From Octopus sinensis (taxonomy: Eukaryota), in contig NC_042999.1 of the NCBI RefSeq assembly GCF_006345805.1, positions 95,914,001 to 95,978,000 on the forward strand: a stretch of DNA of 64,000 bases, given 5' to 3'. The position numbers and the translations under genes are program-made. The notes under the pieces are model-generated. The model searched no databases, had not been told where the DNA came from, and saw nothing but the letters and a program-made list of their open reading frames with translations. Numbering within the stretch: the stretch's first letter is position 1; every line of letters begins with the position of its first letter. Below, in pieces: positions 26,640-37,699 of the stretch.

Positions 26640-26881
26640 TTTTAATTAATTTGTCACACAGTGCAGTACCATACTGTATTTTCATTTGTTAATTTATTAA
26701 ATTTTAGGTGTGAAAATATTTATTTCACTACAGAAATAATTAAAATCTAAAAAGATATAAATACCTATTGGCCGCAGAAACCCATGATATTCTGAAGATT
26801 TGTGATATAATTTAGCCAGAGGAATCTGCAGTGTACTGAGGGCACGAATGGTGAACCGTGATATGGCGAGTGGTTACTGTA
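26640..26881. mobile_element. Terminal fragment of a pogo/Tigger-like DNA transposon
   Basis: Ends in gaatggtgaaccgtgatatggcgagtggttactg-ta (CAGTA..CTCGC..ATCGCG-like TIR plus TA). Family assignment is from recalled TIR style. Confidence 0.5.
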
Positions 26882-26959
26882 TTCATATTCATATTTGTAT
26901 ATATTCATATGTATGTATCTATTATTTGTACTTGTGCATTAGTGTTTGTGTAAAAGCAC

Positions 26960-27115
26960 CCATGTGGTGCCCTGTAAAAGCACCCAGCACACTGTAGTGA
27001 TTGGCATTAGGAAGGGCTGTAGACTGCAGTCTGGTACAGCTTGCCACCTCTGGTCAAACTCTCCAGCCCATGCCAGCATGGACAATGAACATTAAATGAT
27101 GATGATGATGATGAT
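26960..27115 (+). mobile_element. RTE-type 3' tail fragment ending in (GAT)n
   Basis: ttggcattaggaaggg..ccatgccagcatgga..ttaaatgatgatgat. Confidence 0.8.
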
Positions 27116-27163
27116 ATACATATAGTAATAATAATGATAATAATAATAATAATAATAATAATA

Positions 27164-27721
27164 AATGCCCTGATGCAGTACCAAACAGTGGCTCTCATGG
27201 CTTCTGATCTTAACTGATTGGAAGTGTTATCATGTACATTGTTTTGTCTTGGTATAAAAGATGGGCTACAGCAAATATTCTGCTCAATACCACAGAATTG
27301 CTTGTCAGTTGTTTGACCTTAACCAGTTGACCATGTCCCTTAGTGTCTGACGATATGTGCATCTCTGATCATGAGCAGAAGTAATGGGGGAGTATCATAG
27401 CCATGTGTTGACAGGAATTCGTAGAGGTTTGGATAATTGACCTTTGGAAACATGGGTGGTTTGTTTAACATCCTTAAACAATCCTTATTCAGGGACCTTC
27501 TGAGCGGGATGGGTGACTTAACCAGATGAAAATTTTAACTGGGCCCCCACCTGCAAGGTCATGTGTTGTTTATCTTGATATGAGATCACCATGTCGCGCA
27601 CATATGGTTGTGATGCATGTGCCTGATGTACCCTTATCAGATGGGTAGTTATGATGGATATACTGGGCTTTGTATACTTTGCCCCAGTGTCACTTTGATG
27701 GCATGCACTACTCTCTCACTC
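27164..27721 (-). mobile_element. ~560-bp non-coding element embedded in an (AAT)n microsatellite
   Basis: Sharp boundaries with (AAT)n on both sides. Higher GC than flanks, no ORF, no TIR. Minus strand ends ggtactgcatcagggcatt(tat)n; orientation is inferred from that tail. Confidence 0.7.
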
Positions 27722-28421
27722 AATAATAATAATAATAATAACAATAATAATAATAATAATCCATGGATGGGATTTATAAATATTTTGATGCATTGTTACA
27801 TGCATGGCCATGAGTCATATGTTAAGATCATAGTCCATATTCCTGAGATGATTACAGTCCAGCCATAGTATCCATGGACATTGGGTAGATCATGTTCATG
27901 AATTCATTTCTTTGGGCAATATATATATATAAGCATATTACATTGAAAAAACAAGAGTAAATTTTTATATTATATCTTCATGCATCTTAGACATTTTCTC
28001 GTGATAACTTACAAACATACAAACATTCCTATCCCTGCCTCTATAGGTTCTTGTACATCCATGTCTTCCTCAAAATTGAGAGAACACTAATAAATGTGCG
28101 TGTGTTGTGTGTATTAGGATTTTGTTTTAGCATATCAATACTATTAACCAGTTGTTGGAACTCAATATGCTTATGCTTTAAGGTCAACTACCAATTGAGA
28201 ACAGGCATAATATCTATTAACAAAGACAAAACAGAAGTTATGTAATCACTTTCATTAGCTTAAAGCTCTTTCTGCTATAAGAAGCTTGCTCACAGAGCTG
28301 AATGCTTGTGTGACATCTTTAAATGATATATGTGTGTATATATATATATATATATTATATATATGTATATGTGTGTGTGTGTGTGTATGTATATATACAT
28401 ATGTGTGTGTGTGTATATATA

Positions 28422-28469
<48 letters not shown>

Positions 28470-28577
28470 CATCTGCATATATATATAGATACATAGATAC
28501 ACACACACACTTATATATATACACACATATATACACACACACATATATATACACATACACACATACATATATATATA

Positions 28578-28626
<49 letters not shown>

Positions 28627-28629
<3 letters not shown>

Positions 28630-29804
28630 GGGTTGGACAAAATAATGGAAGCACTTTTAATATTCAAACATTTATTTTAATATGAGGTAGGACTGCCTTT
28701 GGCAGTAATTGCAGCTTGGATTCTTTACAAAGTTTGAATTGTTTCCAAAGGGATTTTTGTCTATTCTTCAGCTAAAACAGTTTGCAGTTCATGTAATGAT
28801 GATGGTGGAGGATATTCACTCCTTACTTGTTTTTCTAAAATACACCATAAATATTCGATAATATTAAGATCTGGGGACTGTAGTGGCCAGATAAGATGTT
28901 CAACTTCACTAGAATGTTCTTCATGCCATTTAGTAACAATGTTAGCTGAGTGAATTGGTGCATTATCATCCTGAAAGATTGCGTTTCCCTCCAGAAACAG
29001 TTCCGCAACCATAGCATGAATTTTGTCAGATAAATGCTTAAATAATCTTGACTATTAATTCTACCATGAAAGGAAACCATTGGGCCAGCAGATTTCCAAG
29101 ATATAGCCCTCCCCCTAGATCATCACAGATACTCCTCCATGTTTAACAGTTGGAAGAAGGTAGTCTGGGTCAAATGCTTCTGTTGGCTGTCTCCACATGT
29201 ATACTCGGCCAGTGGTCAGAAATAGGTAAAGGATCACTTGTCCGAGAAAATAACATTCTTCCACTGCTCTAGGGACCAGTTCTGTAGGTTTTTACTCCAC
29301 TTTAAATGCTTTGCAACATTTGTTTTTGAAAGTAGTGGTTTTCTGATTGCAGCCCTCCTGTGGAATCCAGCTTTGTGCAGCTCCAGGCAAACAGTTTTTG
29401 TGGAAACTGAGTGCTTGAGGTGGTCATTAAGCTCAGAAGAAATTTTGGGAGCTGTACTTTTGTGATCCTTTATAACAATTCGCGTTCCCTACCTGAAAGT
29501 TTTGCTTCAACAAAGACGTTTTTCCGTCTTTCTCAAAGGCTGTCATTTCTTTTGAGACAGTACTTCTTGATACGCCAAACATTTCAGTTGTTTTCGTTAT
29601 GCTAGCACCTGCCATACGAGCACCAACAATTTGACCTCTTTGAAAGTCCAATAGATCTGTCATTTTAATGAATTTTAATTGCCTTTTTCTGATTAAGCAA
29701 TACTAATAATAAATCAAAAAACAAAAATAAACAAGCTTTTGATGGTTTTATAGATATTTCAAAATTATGATGCTAGGTGTTTCCATTATTTTGTCCAACC
29801 CCTA
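28627..29804 (-). mobile_element. Full-length Tc1-type transposon with DD36E spacing (Incomer-like), transposase pseudogene
   Basis: ~28-bp TIRs (CA[G/T]GGGTTGGACAAAATAATGGAA[A/G]CAC) flanked by TA. Transposase ~29663-28677: MTDLLDFQRGQIVGARMAG.., NVIFSDK*SF.., FQDDNAPIH..SPDLNIIE, with 36 residues between D and E. Several stops and frameshifts. Confidence 0.95.
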
Positions 29805-30074
29805 TATATATATACACCCACACATAAGATTCGGTTGAATTAAGTACTTAAATTGAGGCACCTCATTAGGTCAGAATAACATGGACACACAACAACAATA
29901 TTATGCAAATATCAAACATAAGTACTGGCCAGATGATATTCCTGCAGTGTATGTAGATAATTAGACCCAGCTGAGTGAAGAAATCTTCTCTTGAGCTGTT
30001 CAGACATGTACATTATATTAAATATATGACCCATAATATTTACAAAGGAAAGATTCCAAGATAGACGAATAAAT

Positions 30075-30463
30075 ATAAATGAGTAACAGTAGAGATGTAG
30101 GTGTCAATTCATTAAGGCCATTTCTAACAACTCCTTTAATTGATTAATGTAAACATTACAGTATTGTAAAGAAATCATTTTCATCAGATAAATTCATGAA
30201 CTTCAAAATAAAGGACATTCGAAATGATTTAACATAGTTAAAATCTATGTAGCAAGAACAGTTAGTGATTCTGCTACTATTTCAGTTGACAGAAATCCAT
30301 GGATTATAACTATATTAAATCATTTCAAATTTTGAAATTCAGGAAATCAGTGGATGAAAACAGTTTCTTTACAATGATGTAATGTTTTCATTAATCAATT
30401 AAAGGAGTTGTTAGAAAAGGCTGTAATGGATTGACACCTGTACCTCTACTATTACTCATTTAT
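30075..30463. repeat. ~390-bp palindrome / long-TIR MITE
   Basis: ataaatgagtaacagtagagatgtaggtgtcaa..tttctaacaactcctttaattgattaatg is mirrored by cattaatcaattaaaggagttgttagaaa..ttgacacctgtacctctactattactcatttat. Spacer ~45 bp. Confidence 0.9.
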
Positions 30464-31450
30464 GTGTGTGTGTGTGTGTGTGAATCAGCATGCATGCAGT
30501 TGTCATTTACTTACTTTCTTTCTATTAAATTCCATTTGCAAGGATTTGGTCACTTTGTGGTTACAGTTAAAGATACTTTCACCAGATATTGCAAATTATG
30601 ATAGAATTCAGAATTACGTGGTTATTAAGTTAAATTTTGAACCATGTTGTTTGACTTGAGCTTATGTCTATTTAATTTATTTGTTTATGCATTCATACAC
30701 ATGTTTGTATATTTACAGAAAATTTTGTATATACATGTATGTGTGTGTGTGAGTATGTGTAGATATGCCTTCATGTCATGTATTATGGACAAATTAGCCA
30801 TCCCTCCTATTTGTCGCTGTTTTTTAGTCTAGGTCAGTCTTGTTTAAAGAGACATGTGACCAAAAGATTTCTAGTCACACTCATCCACCTGTTTTTCATA
30901 TCAGTAACTACATGAGGCCCAATATATCCTTAATATTTTGTAGATTTTAAGGATGGGATTTGAGAGAAATTTAGCTCATGGATGAGGTGAATTCAACACA
31001 GCAAGCCAACAAACCACTTATAAATTTTAGTTCTGTCACATCTAGCATTGATTAATTTCTTTTTCTTTTGTTATCTGTTTTTTAGGTATGTAGACATAGG
31101 TCATTTGAGAATTGTCTTAGCTGCCAACCATACACTTCATGTTTATATACATGTGTGTATGTGTATATGCATACATGTGAGGGTGTATGTATAATGTACA
31201 TTAGAATTATAGGAAACTGTTAAAATTATAATCAACTAGGTATCACTGTGTTAAGATCCAATGGAGCCAAGAATTTATTTTGACTAAACTAGTTAAACTG
31301 TTATAACTACTTAATATAATTTTCAAAACCACAACTGCTATCTCTGTTGTAACTGATGCCAACTTCTAATTTGGATGATTATAGAACTTATATTTTGTGT
31401 CTGTGTGTTCTTTGTATTCTTCCTGTTGTTGCTACTTCATCTTTACATAC

Positions 31451-31575
31451 TTATTTTTGGAATTGTGTCTCATCATGCTCCTCTCATCATGTGGTTGAAG
31501 TTTGAATATCAGTCTCAAAGAAGCTAACTGTAGTATTTTGACTTCATGATTAGAACTCCAGCCTCACACTGTAAC
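31451..31575 (-). other. Candidate 125-nt exon (5' UTR, possibly with start codon MMRHNSKN-)
   Basis: Acceptor tttttgcttttagttttgttggtag| and donor AATAA|gtatgt in unique sequence. Stops in all frames before a late ATG. Confidence 0.3.
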
Positions 31576-32311
31576 CTACCAACAAAACTAAAAGCAAAAA
31601 TGTTGATTGATCATTATAATGACTACTGCTTTACAAAAGGAACATTTAGATTGGAATAAATCAAAAACAGGTGAATCTCAACAGATATTAATTTTTATGA
31701 TGCTCATTTAAAATATCATTCACACAACATATAAACTGTGAACATTTATAAGAGATATAGGTAGACAGAAACTACTAGCAAACGGAATATTACTTTTGCT
31801 ACTGTTTTCTTTTCTTCTAACAGGAAAAAAATCATTAATCTTTACATTCTATTCCATCTTGACTTCTTTACCATCTTCAGCTCACCAAAATAATTCACAC
31901 AGACTCCTCAATAGATGTATATGCATCTGTGCACATATATTGATTCTGAATATACACACATCTTACTTCCACATCTCTTTTACTATCTGCCAGCATCTTA
32001 GCTATATCAAGTCTCTGAGTCTTCCTCCCTTTCTTTTTCAAACGTATTAAAACTTGGTCCTAAATATTAACTTACAAACCTTCCATTTATATCTACAGAT
32101 ACACCTAAACATAAATATGTAGACACACCAATGGGTAATGTGTTACTTTATATACTTACAAGAATCAATGCACTGACTCCTACTCATAAGAAAAATTACA
32201 GCTATATTTGTAACTGTTTCATTCAGTCATAAATGATAAATTAAGTTATATGTATCTGCTATTGTCACTCATTTTTGTGAGCATATTTTTAAGTGTGTAT
32301 GTGTATGTATG

Positions 32312-32515
32312 TGGAGGCGAGCTGGCAGAAACGTTAATATGCCGGGCGAAATGCATAGCTGTATTTCGCCAAGGTCAACTTTGCCTTTCATCCTTTCAGG
32401 GTCGATAAATTAAGTACCAGTTACGCACTGGGGGTCGATGTAATCGACTTAATACCTATGTCTGTCCTTGATTGTCCCCTCTATGTTTAGCCCCTTGTGG
32501 GTAGTAAAGAAATAT
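32312..32515 (+). mobile_element. SINE with conserved core (gcctttcatcctttc.gggtcgataaattaagtaccag)
   Basis: Head ggcgagctggcagaaacgtta; related copies at 4670, 4875, 20030 and 60500. Confidence 0.85.
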
Positions 32516-32639
32516 GTATATGTATGTATGTGTTTATGGGAGGGGGGGTAATTTTTTCTTACAGAAGCAGTTATGATAATGCTTTTATTATCACACATAC
32601 ATATACACATATGTTGTCATTTCTTCATGCCTTATAACT

Positions 32640-33120
32640 TTCATCATCATCATTCAGCGTTTGCCTTCCATTCTAGCATGGGTTGGACTGTTCAACTGGG
32701 GTCTGTGAAGCCAGAAGGCTGCATCAGGCCCAGTCTGATCTGGCAGTGTTTCTACGGCTGGATGCCCTTCCTAACGCCAACCACTCCGTGAGTGTAGTGG
32801 GTGCTTTTTACGTGCTACCCGCACAGGTGCCAGACGGAGCTGGTAAACGGCCATGGACGGATGGTGATTTTTACGTGCCACCGGCACGGGGGCCAGGCGA
32901 GGCTGGCAACAGCCACGAACGGATGGTGCTTTTACATGCCACCGGCACGGGGGCCAGGCGAGGCTGGCAACGGCCACGAACGGATGGTGCTACGTGTCAC
33001 CGGCACGGGAGTCAGGCGAGGCTGGCAATGGACCCGAACGGATGGTGCTTTTACGTGCCACCGGCACGGAGGCCAGTCGGGGCGGCGCTGGCAGCGGCCA
33101 CGATCTGATGGTTCGCTTAC
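32640..33120 (-). mobile_element. RTE 3' UTR fragment with ~61-bp tandem repeats
   Basis: Colinear with 48858-49470; about five repeat units plus a (GAT)n tail. Confidence 0.9.
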
Positions 33121-33309
33121 TTTAATTATGATAAATTAAATGAAAATGATGCACATTAAATATATTTTCATCCTAACTGTATATTTAAAAATATATACAT
33201 ATTTTATTGTTTAAATATCATTTTATATTGGTATAGATGTGGAATTGTAGGAACACTGTTGTGACATTCTTTCTCCCCCCCTCTTTCTCTCTCTCTCTCT
33301 ATATATATA

Positions 33310-33460
33310 TATGGAGTGGTTGGTGTTAGGAAGGGCATCCAGCCATAAAAACCAAGCCAAAACAGACACAGAAGCTTGGTGCAGGTTCCTCTCAAACTGT
33401 CCAACCCATGCCAGCATAGGAGGACATTAAACAATGATGTTGTTGTTGTTGATGATGATA
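33310..33460 (+). mobile_element. RTE-type 3' tail fragment
   Basis: ggagtggttggtgttaggaagggcatccagcc..ccaacccatgccagcat. Confidence 0.8.
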
Positions 33461-33497
33461 TAAAACTTGTTTTAAATCTCTCAGCGAGATATATATA

Positions 33498-33682
33498 CAG
33501 TAACAATACAGAAAAGTAAAGCTAATTTGCCAAAAGAGTGTTGGCAAATATATGGACACAGACTGTGTCGATAGCCAGCTGGAAAATATGTTTTCCTGGG
33601 GCTTAAACAACAGTAACATTGTCGTTTATAGGACCGCCACACTCTGTTGGCAAATTAGCATTACTTTTCCGTATTGTTACTG
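33498..33682. mobile_element. 185-bp MITE with ~45-50-bp TIRs, TA-flanked (Tc1/mariner-type target)
   Basis: ta|cagtaacaatacagaaaagtaaagctaatttgccaaaagagtgt ... acactctgttggcaaattagcattacttttccgtattgttactg|ta. Confidence 0.88.
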
Positions 33683-33905
33683 TATATATATCTTGCTGAA
33701 TTATTATTATTATTATCATTTCTTAAATATAGCCACAAAACCTGTCGTTATTCTACCGAATATATACGTTTTATTTAATATTTTGCACAATACTTAATCA
33801 TTGTTGTATGTTTTATCTTATATTTAATCTTTCTATATGTAATTTTTCTAAATGGTATAATTTAATTTTTCATTATTGAATTGATAAAAGGTGGTTTCTT
33901 TTCTA

Positions 33906-33943
<38 letters not shown>

Positions 33944-34069
33944 TTTTGTGAAATTTGATTTAGGATTTCTAAATTGATTTCTCCCTGTAAGTTTGGAATA
34001 ATATTCCCACATATTATTATTATTATTAATATTATTATTATTATTACTAATAATATCCAAACATGGCAG

Positions 34070-34340
34070 TTGCCAGCGCCACCTGACTGGCGTCAGTGTC
34101 AGTGACACGTAAAAGCACCAACCGATCGTGGCCGTTTGCCAGCCTCATCTGGCCCCTCTGCCGGTGGTACGTAAAAAGCACCCACTACTCTCACAGAGTG
34201 GTTGGCGTTAGGAAGGGCATCCAGCTGTAGAAACACTGCCAGATCAGACTGGAGCCTGGTGCAGCCTCCTGGCTTCCCAGACCCCGATCGAAACGTCCAA
34301 CCCATGCTAGCATGGAAAACGGACGTTAAACGATGATGAT
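34070..34340 (+). mobile_element. RTE 3' UTR fragment (short repeat array) with (GAT)n tail
   Basis: gacacgtaaaagcacc..ccgatcgtggccg..ggcgttaggaagggcatccagc..acgttaaacgatgatgat. Confidence 0.9.
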
Positions 34341-34352
34341 GATATATATATA

Positions 34353-34405
<53 letters not shown>

Positions 34406-34641
34406 ATATATTTATTATATATATATATATATATATATAATATATTATATTTATATATATTTATATTTATAATATATATATATTTATATATATATATATT
34501 TATATTTATATATATATATATTTATTATATATATATATTTATATATATATTATATATATATATATATATTATATATTATATATTTATATATATTTATATT
34601 TATATATATATATATATAATATATATATTTATATTTATATT

Positions 34642-34672
<31 letters not shown>

Positions 34673-34691
34673 ATTTATAATATTATATATT

Positions 34692-34722
<31 letters not shown>

Positions 34723-34728
34723 TATATA

Positions 34729-34779
<51 letters not shown>

Positions 34780-35168
34780 TTATATTTATATTTATATATA
34801 TATATTTATATATGTATATATATATTTATATATTATATATAATATATTTATATATGTTATATATATATTTATATATGTATATATATATTTATATATTATA
34901 TATATATTTATATATATGTATATAATATATTTATATATATGTAATATATATATTTATATATATGTATATATATATATTTATATATATGTATATATATTAT
35001 TTATATATGTATATATATATTTATATATATGTATATATATATTTATATATATGTATATATATATTTATATATGTATATATATATATTTATATATATGTAT
35101 ATATATTTATATATATGTATATATATTTATATATATGTATATATATTTATATATATGTATATATTATT

Positions 35169-35200
<32 letters not shown>
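34340..35200. repeat. ~860-bp degenerate (TA)n array
   Basis: Almost pure A/T, with recurring tttata and atgtata variants. Confidence 0.97.
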
Positions 35201-35710
35201 ATGAGAAATAAAGGTGAAAATGCGGAAAAAATATATTAAAACTAATCAAAATTTAATTATATTTCGAAATATAAAAGTACACTTGACAGGTTTCGCATTG
35301 GATTTTCAAGTGTATGGGGCTGCGTTGCGAATTGTGTCTATTCTGACCGTTGTTTTAAAAATAGCTTGTTTTTTTGAAGTAGGAATATGGCTCAGAATGT
35401 TGTATGTATGTATGTGTATGTGTGTGTATGTATGTATGTATGCATGTGTGTATGCATATACATATATACACGCACTCACATAAACAGACGTACACACACG
35501 CAAACATATATACATGCAAAAAGCTTCTAAAATCCCTTGTAGTTATCTCCCTTATCTCATATTTCCTCCAAATATCTATCCAATTCGCACTTTCAGTTTC
35601 CACCGAGCACGATCTTTAAGAGGCTTCAAGCATGTAGATATACATCATCGTTCTTCCACCGAGATGTGCCATATATTTATGTATCAATAGTAAGCTTATA
35701 TGTGAGTGTG

Positions 35711-35770
<60 letters not shown>

Positions 35771-35829
35771 ATATTTGTGTGCGTGTTCATATAAATATGT
35801 ATATGTGTGTGTGTGTATATATATATATA

Positions 35830-35984
35830 TATGAAGGCGCGTGGCTTAGTGGTTAGGTCATTTACACACTTATTGCAGTGGCCCTTCAATTTTTCTAAGC
35901 CCTGTAAAAGAATATGGAAAGTTCGGCCTCCCACCAGGCCTTTCACGACACCCTTAAAGCCAGGAACATTTCAGCACCCCCTTG
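35830..35984 (+). mobile_element. Short SINE-head stub joined to the right half of the mariner-type MITE family of 55334
   Basis: gaaggcgcgtggcttagtggttagg, then cttcaatttttctaagccctgtaaaag..cccttaaagccaggaacatttcagcacccc. Confidence 0.75.
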
Positions 35985-36286
35985 TGTATGTGTATATATA
36001 TTATAAATATAGGTGCAGGCATGGGTGTGTGGTTACGAAGCTCACTTTGCAGCCACATAGTTTCTTGTTCGCCCCCAGTGAACAAGACCTTTCTGAGAGT
36101 AAGTTTGATGGACACAAACTGCTTATCAAATGTTTGTGTGTGTGATATTTGGGACTGATGAGTATATGTCAGTTAGCGTGATGATGTGCTGAGTAAAGCA
36201 CTGGCACAGTTTAGGCTACCTGCTGTCATCCGCAGTTGGGGTGTATTTCCTTTAGATCTACATCAAGAATTCCGCAGTGCTAGTTG

Positions 36287-36551
36287 AGATAATAATCGAT
36301 TAAGTAAACAGAAGATGGAATTGGTATAACTCTTTATTTTGTACGACGATCGTTTCGACCCATCCTGCGACTGCCCTTTATGGGCGGGACGCTGTGCATC
36401 ATATTATGTTGCATCAGTCTTGCAGTCTGGGGTACATTCATACATTAAGTGGTGTCTCGCTAAAGATCTTGATTTTGGGCAGAAACGATTGTCGTACAAA
36501 ATTAAGTTATACCAATTCCATCTTCTGTTTACTTAATCGATTATTTTATCT
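36287..36551. repeat. Inverted repeat, ~75-bp arms with ~115-bp spacer
   Basis: ataatcgattaagtaaacagaagatggaattggtataac..tttgtacgacgatcgtttc is mirrored by gaaacgattgtcgtacaaaa..gttataccaattccatcttctgtttacttaatcgattat. Confidence 0.93.
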
Positions 36552-36700
36552 CTCTCTCTGTATATATATAATCAGCCGAAATTACTACGATGATCCGGTT
36601 CTTGACTGAAGACTGAGGGGTTCGAATGTCCTGTCCATGTTTATTGTATCGTCTTCTATGAGTTATACGTTCTTGTCCATGTTGTATTTTTCTACATACC

Positions 36701-36765
<65 letters not shown>

Positions 36766-36919
36766 GATATATATATATATATTTATATATATATATATAC
36801 ACGCGCGCATTAACTTCAATCTCATCAATGTCAACCCTGTATTTGTCATCAGATTCACTTCCATTATCATCGTCAATCTCAGTCACATTTCCATCTATCT
36901 CAATTTTGTTGTTCTTTAA

Positions 36920-37451
36920 TCCTTCACTATTTAAACCAGGTGAAGGCGCGTGGCTTAGTGGTTAGGGGCATTCGGCTCATGATCGTAAGGTCGTGAGTTC
37001 AATTCCCGGCGGCGCGTTGTGCCCTTGAGCAAGACACTTTATTTCACGTTGCTCCAGTCCACTCAGCTGGCAAAAATGAGTAGTATCTGTATTTCAAAGG
37101 GCCAGCCTTGTCACACTCTGTGTCACGCTGAATCTCCCCGAGAACTACTTTAAGGGTACACGTGTTTGTGGAGTGCTCAGCCACTTGCACGTTAATTCCA
37201 CGAGCAAGCTGTTCCGTTGATTGTATCAGCTGGGACCCTCGTCGTCACAACCGACGGAGTGCTCCTTTATTTAAGCCATATGCGGTTTGTTTAGTATTCT
37301 GACTAGATCTGGCCTTTCACAACTAGTCTTCAATGCAATTCTAAAAATAAATAATCACATCATCGAAATCTCGAAGCTACAAAATAGTACATGATCAATT
37401 CAAAATAATGTGACTAAGTAAGCATTACGTGTGACTGATTAATCTAAAAGG
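36920..37451. mobile_element. TTAA-type (piggyBac-like) MITE interrupted by a SINE
   Basis: ttaa|tccttc.. at the left and ..aaaagg|tcaa at the right; body resumes after the SINE. End motifs are degraded. Confidence 0.55.
36939..37267 (+). mobile_element. Well-preserved tRNA-headed SINE with 11-bp TSD
   Basis: A box tggcttagtgg, B box gagttcaattcc, core ccttgagcaagacactt. Flanking tatttaa(a/g)cca at 36928-36938 and 37268-37278. Confidence 0.92.
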
Positions 37452-37699
37452 TCAATTTCTTCATCATCAACTGATGGATGGAGTGGCACAAAATCTCCTC
37501 TCACAATACTACCCCTGTCACAGTTGAGGGCCCTTGTCTTGAAAGATGCTGGTGCCATGTAAAACGCCTACAGTACAATCTATAAAGTGACTGGTGTTAG
37601 GAAGGGCATCCGGCCGTTGAAACCATGCAAAAGCTGCCATGTTGAATGATGATGATAATGATATATATATAATATATATAAGGTGTGTGTGTGTGAGAG

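Noticed and set aside
36939-37020. tRNA gene (also 21645 and 48450-48530)
   Set aside because: A and B boxes are present, but there is no complete cloverleaf and the sequence continues into a multicopy SINE body.
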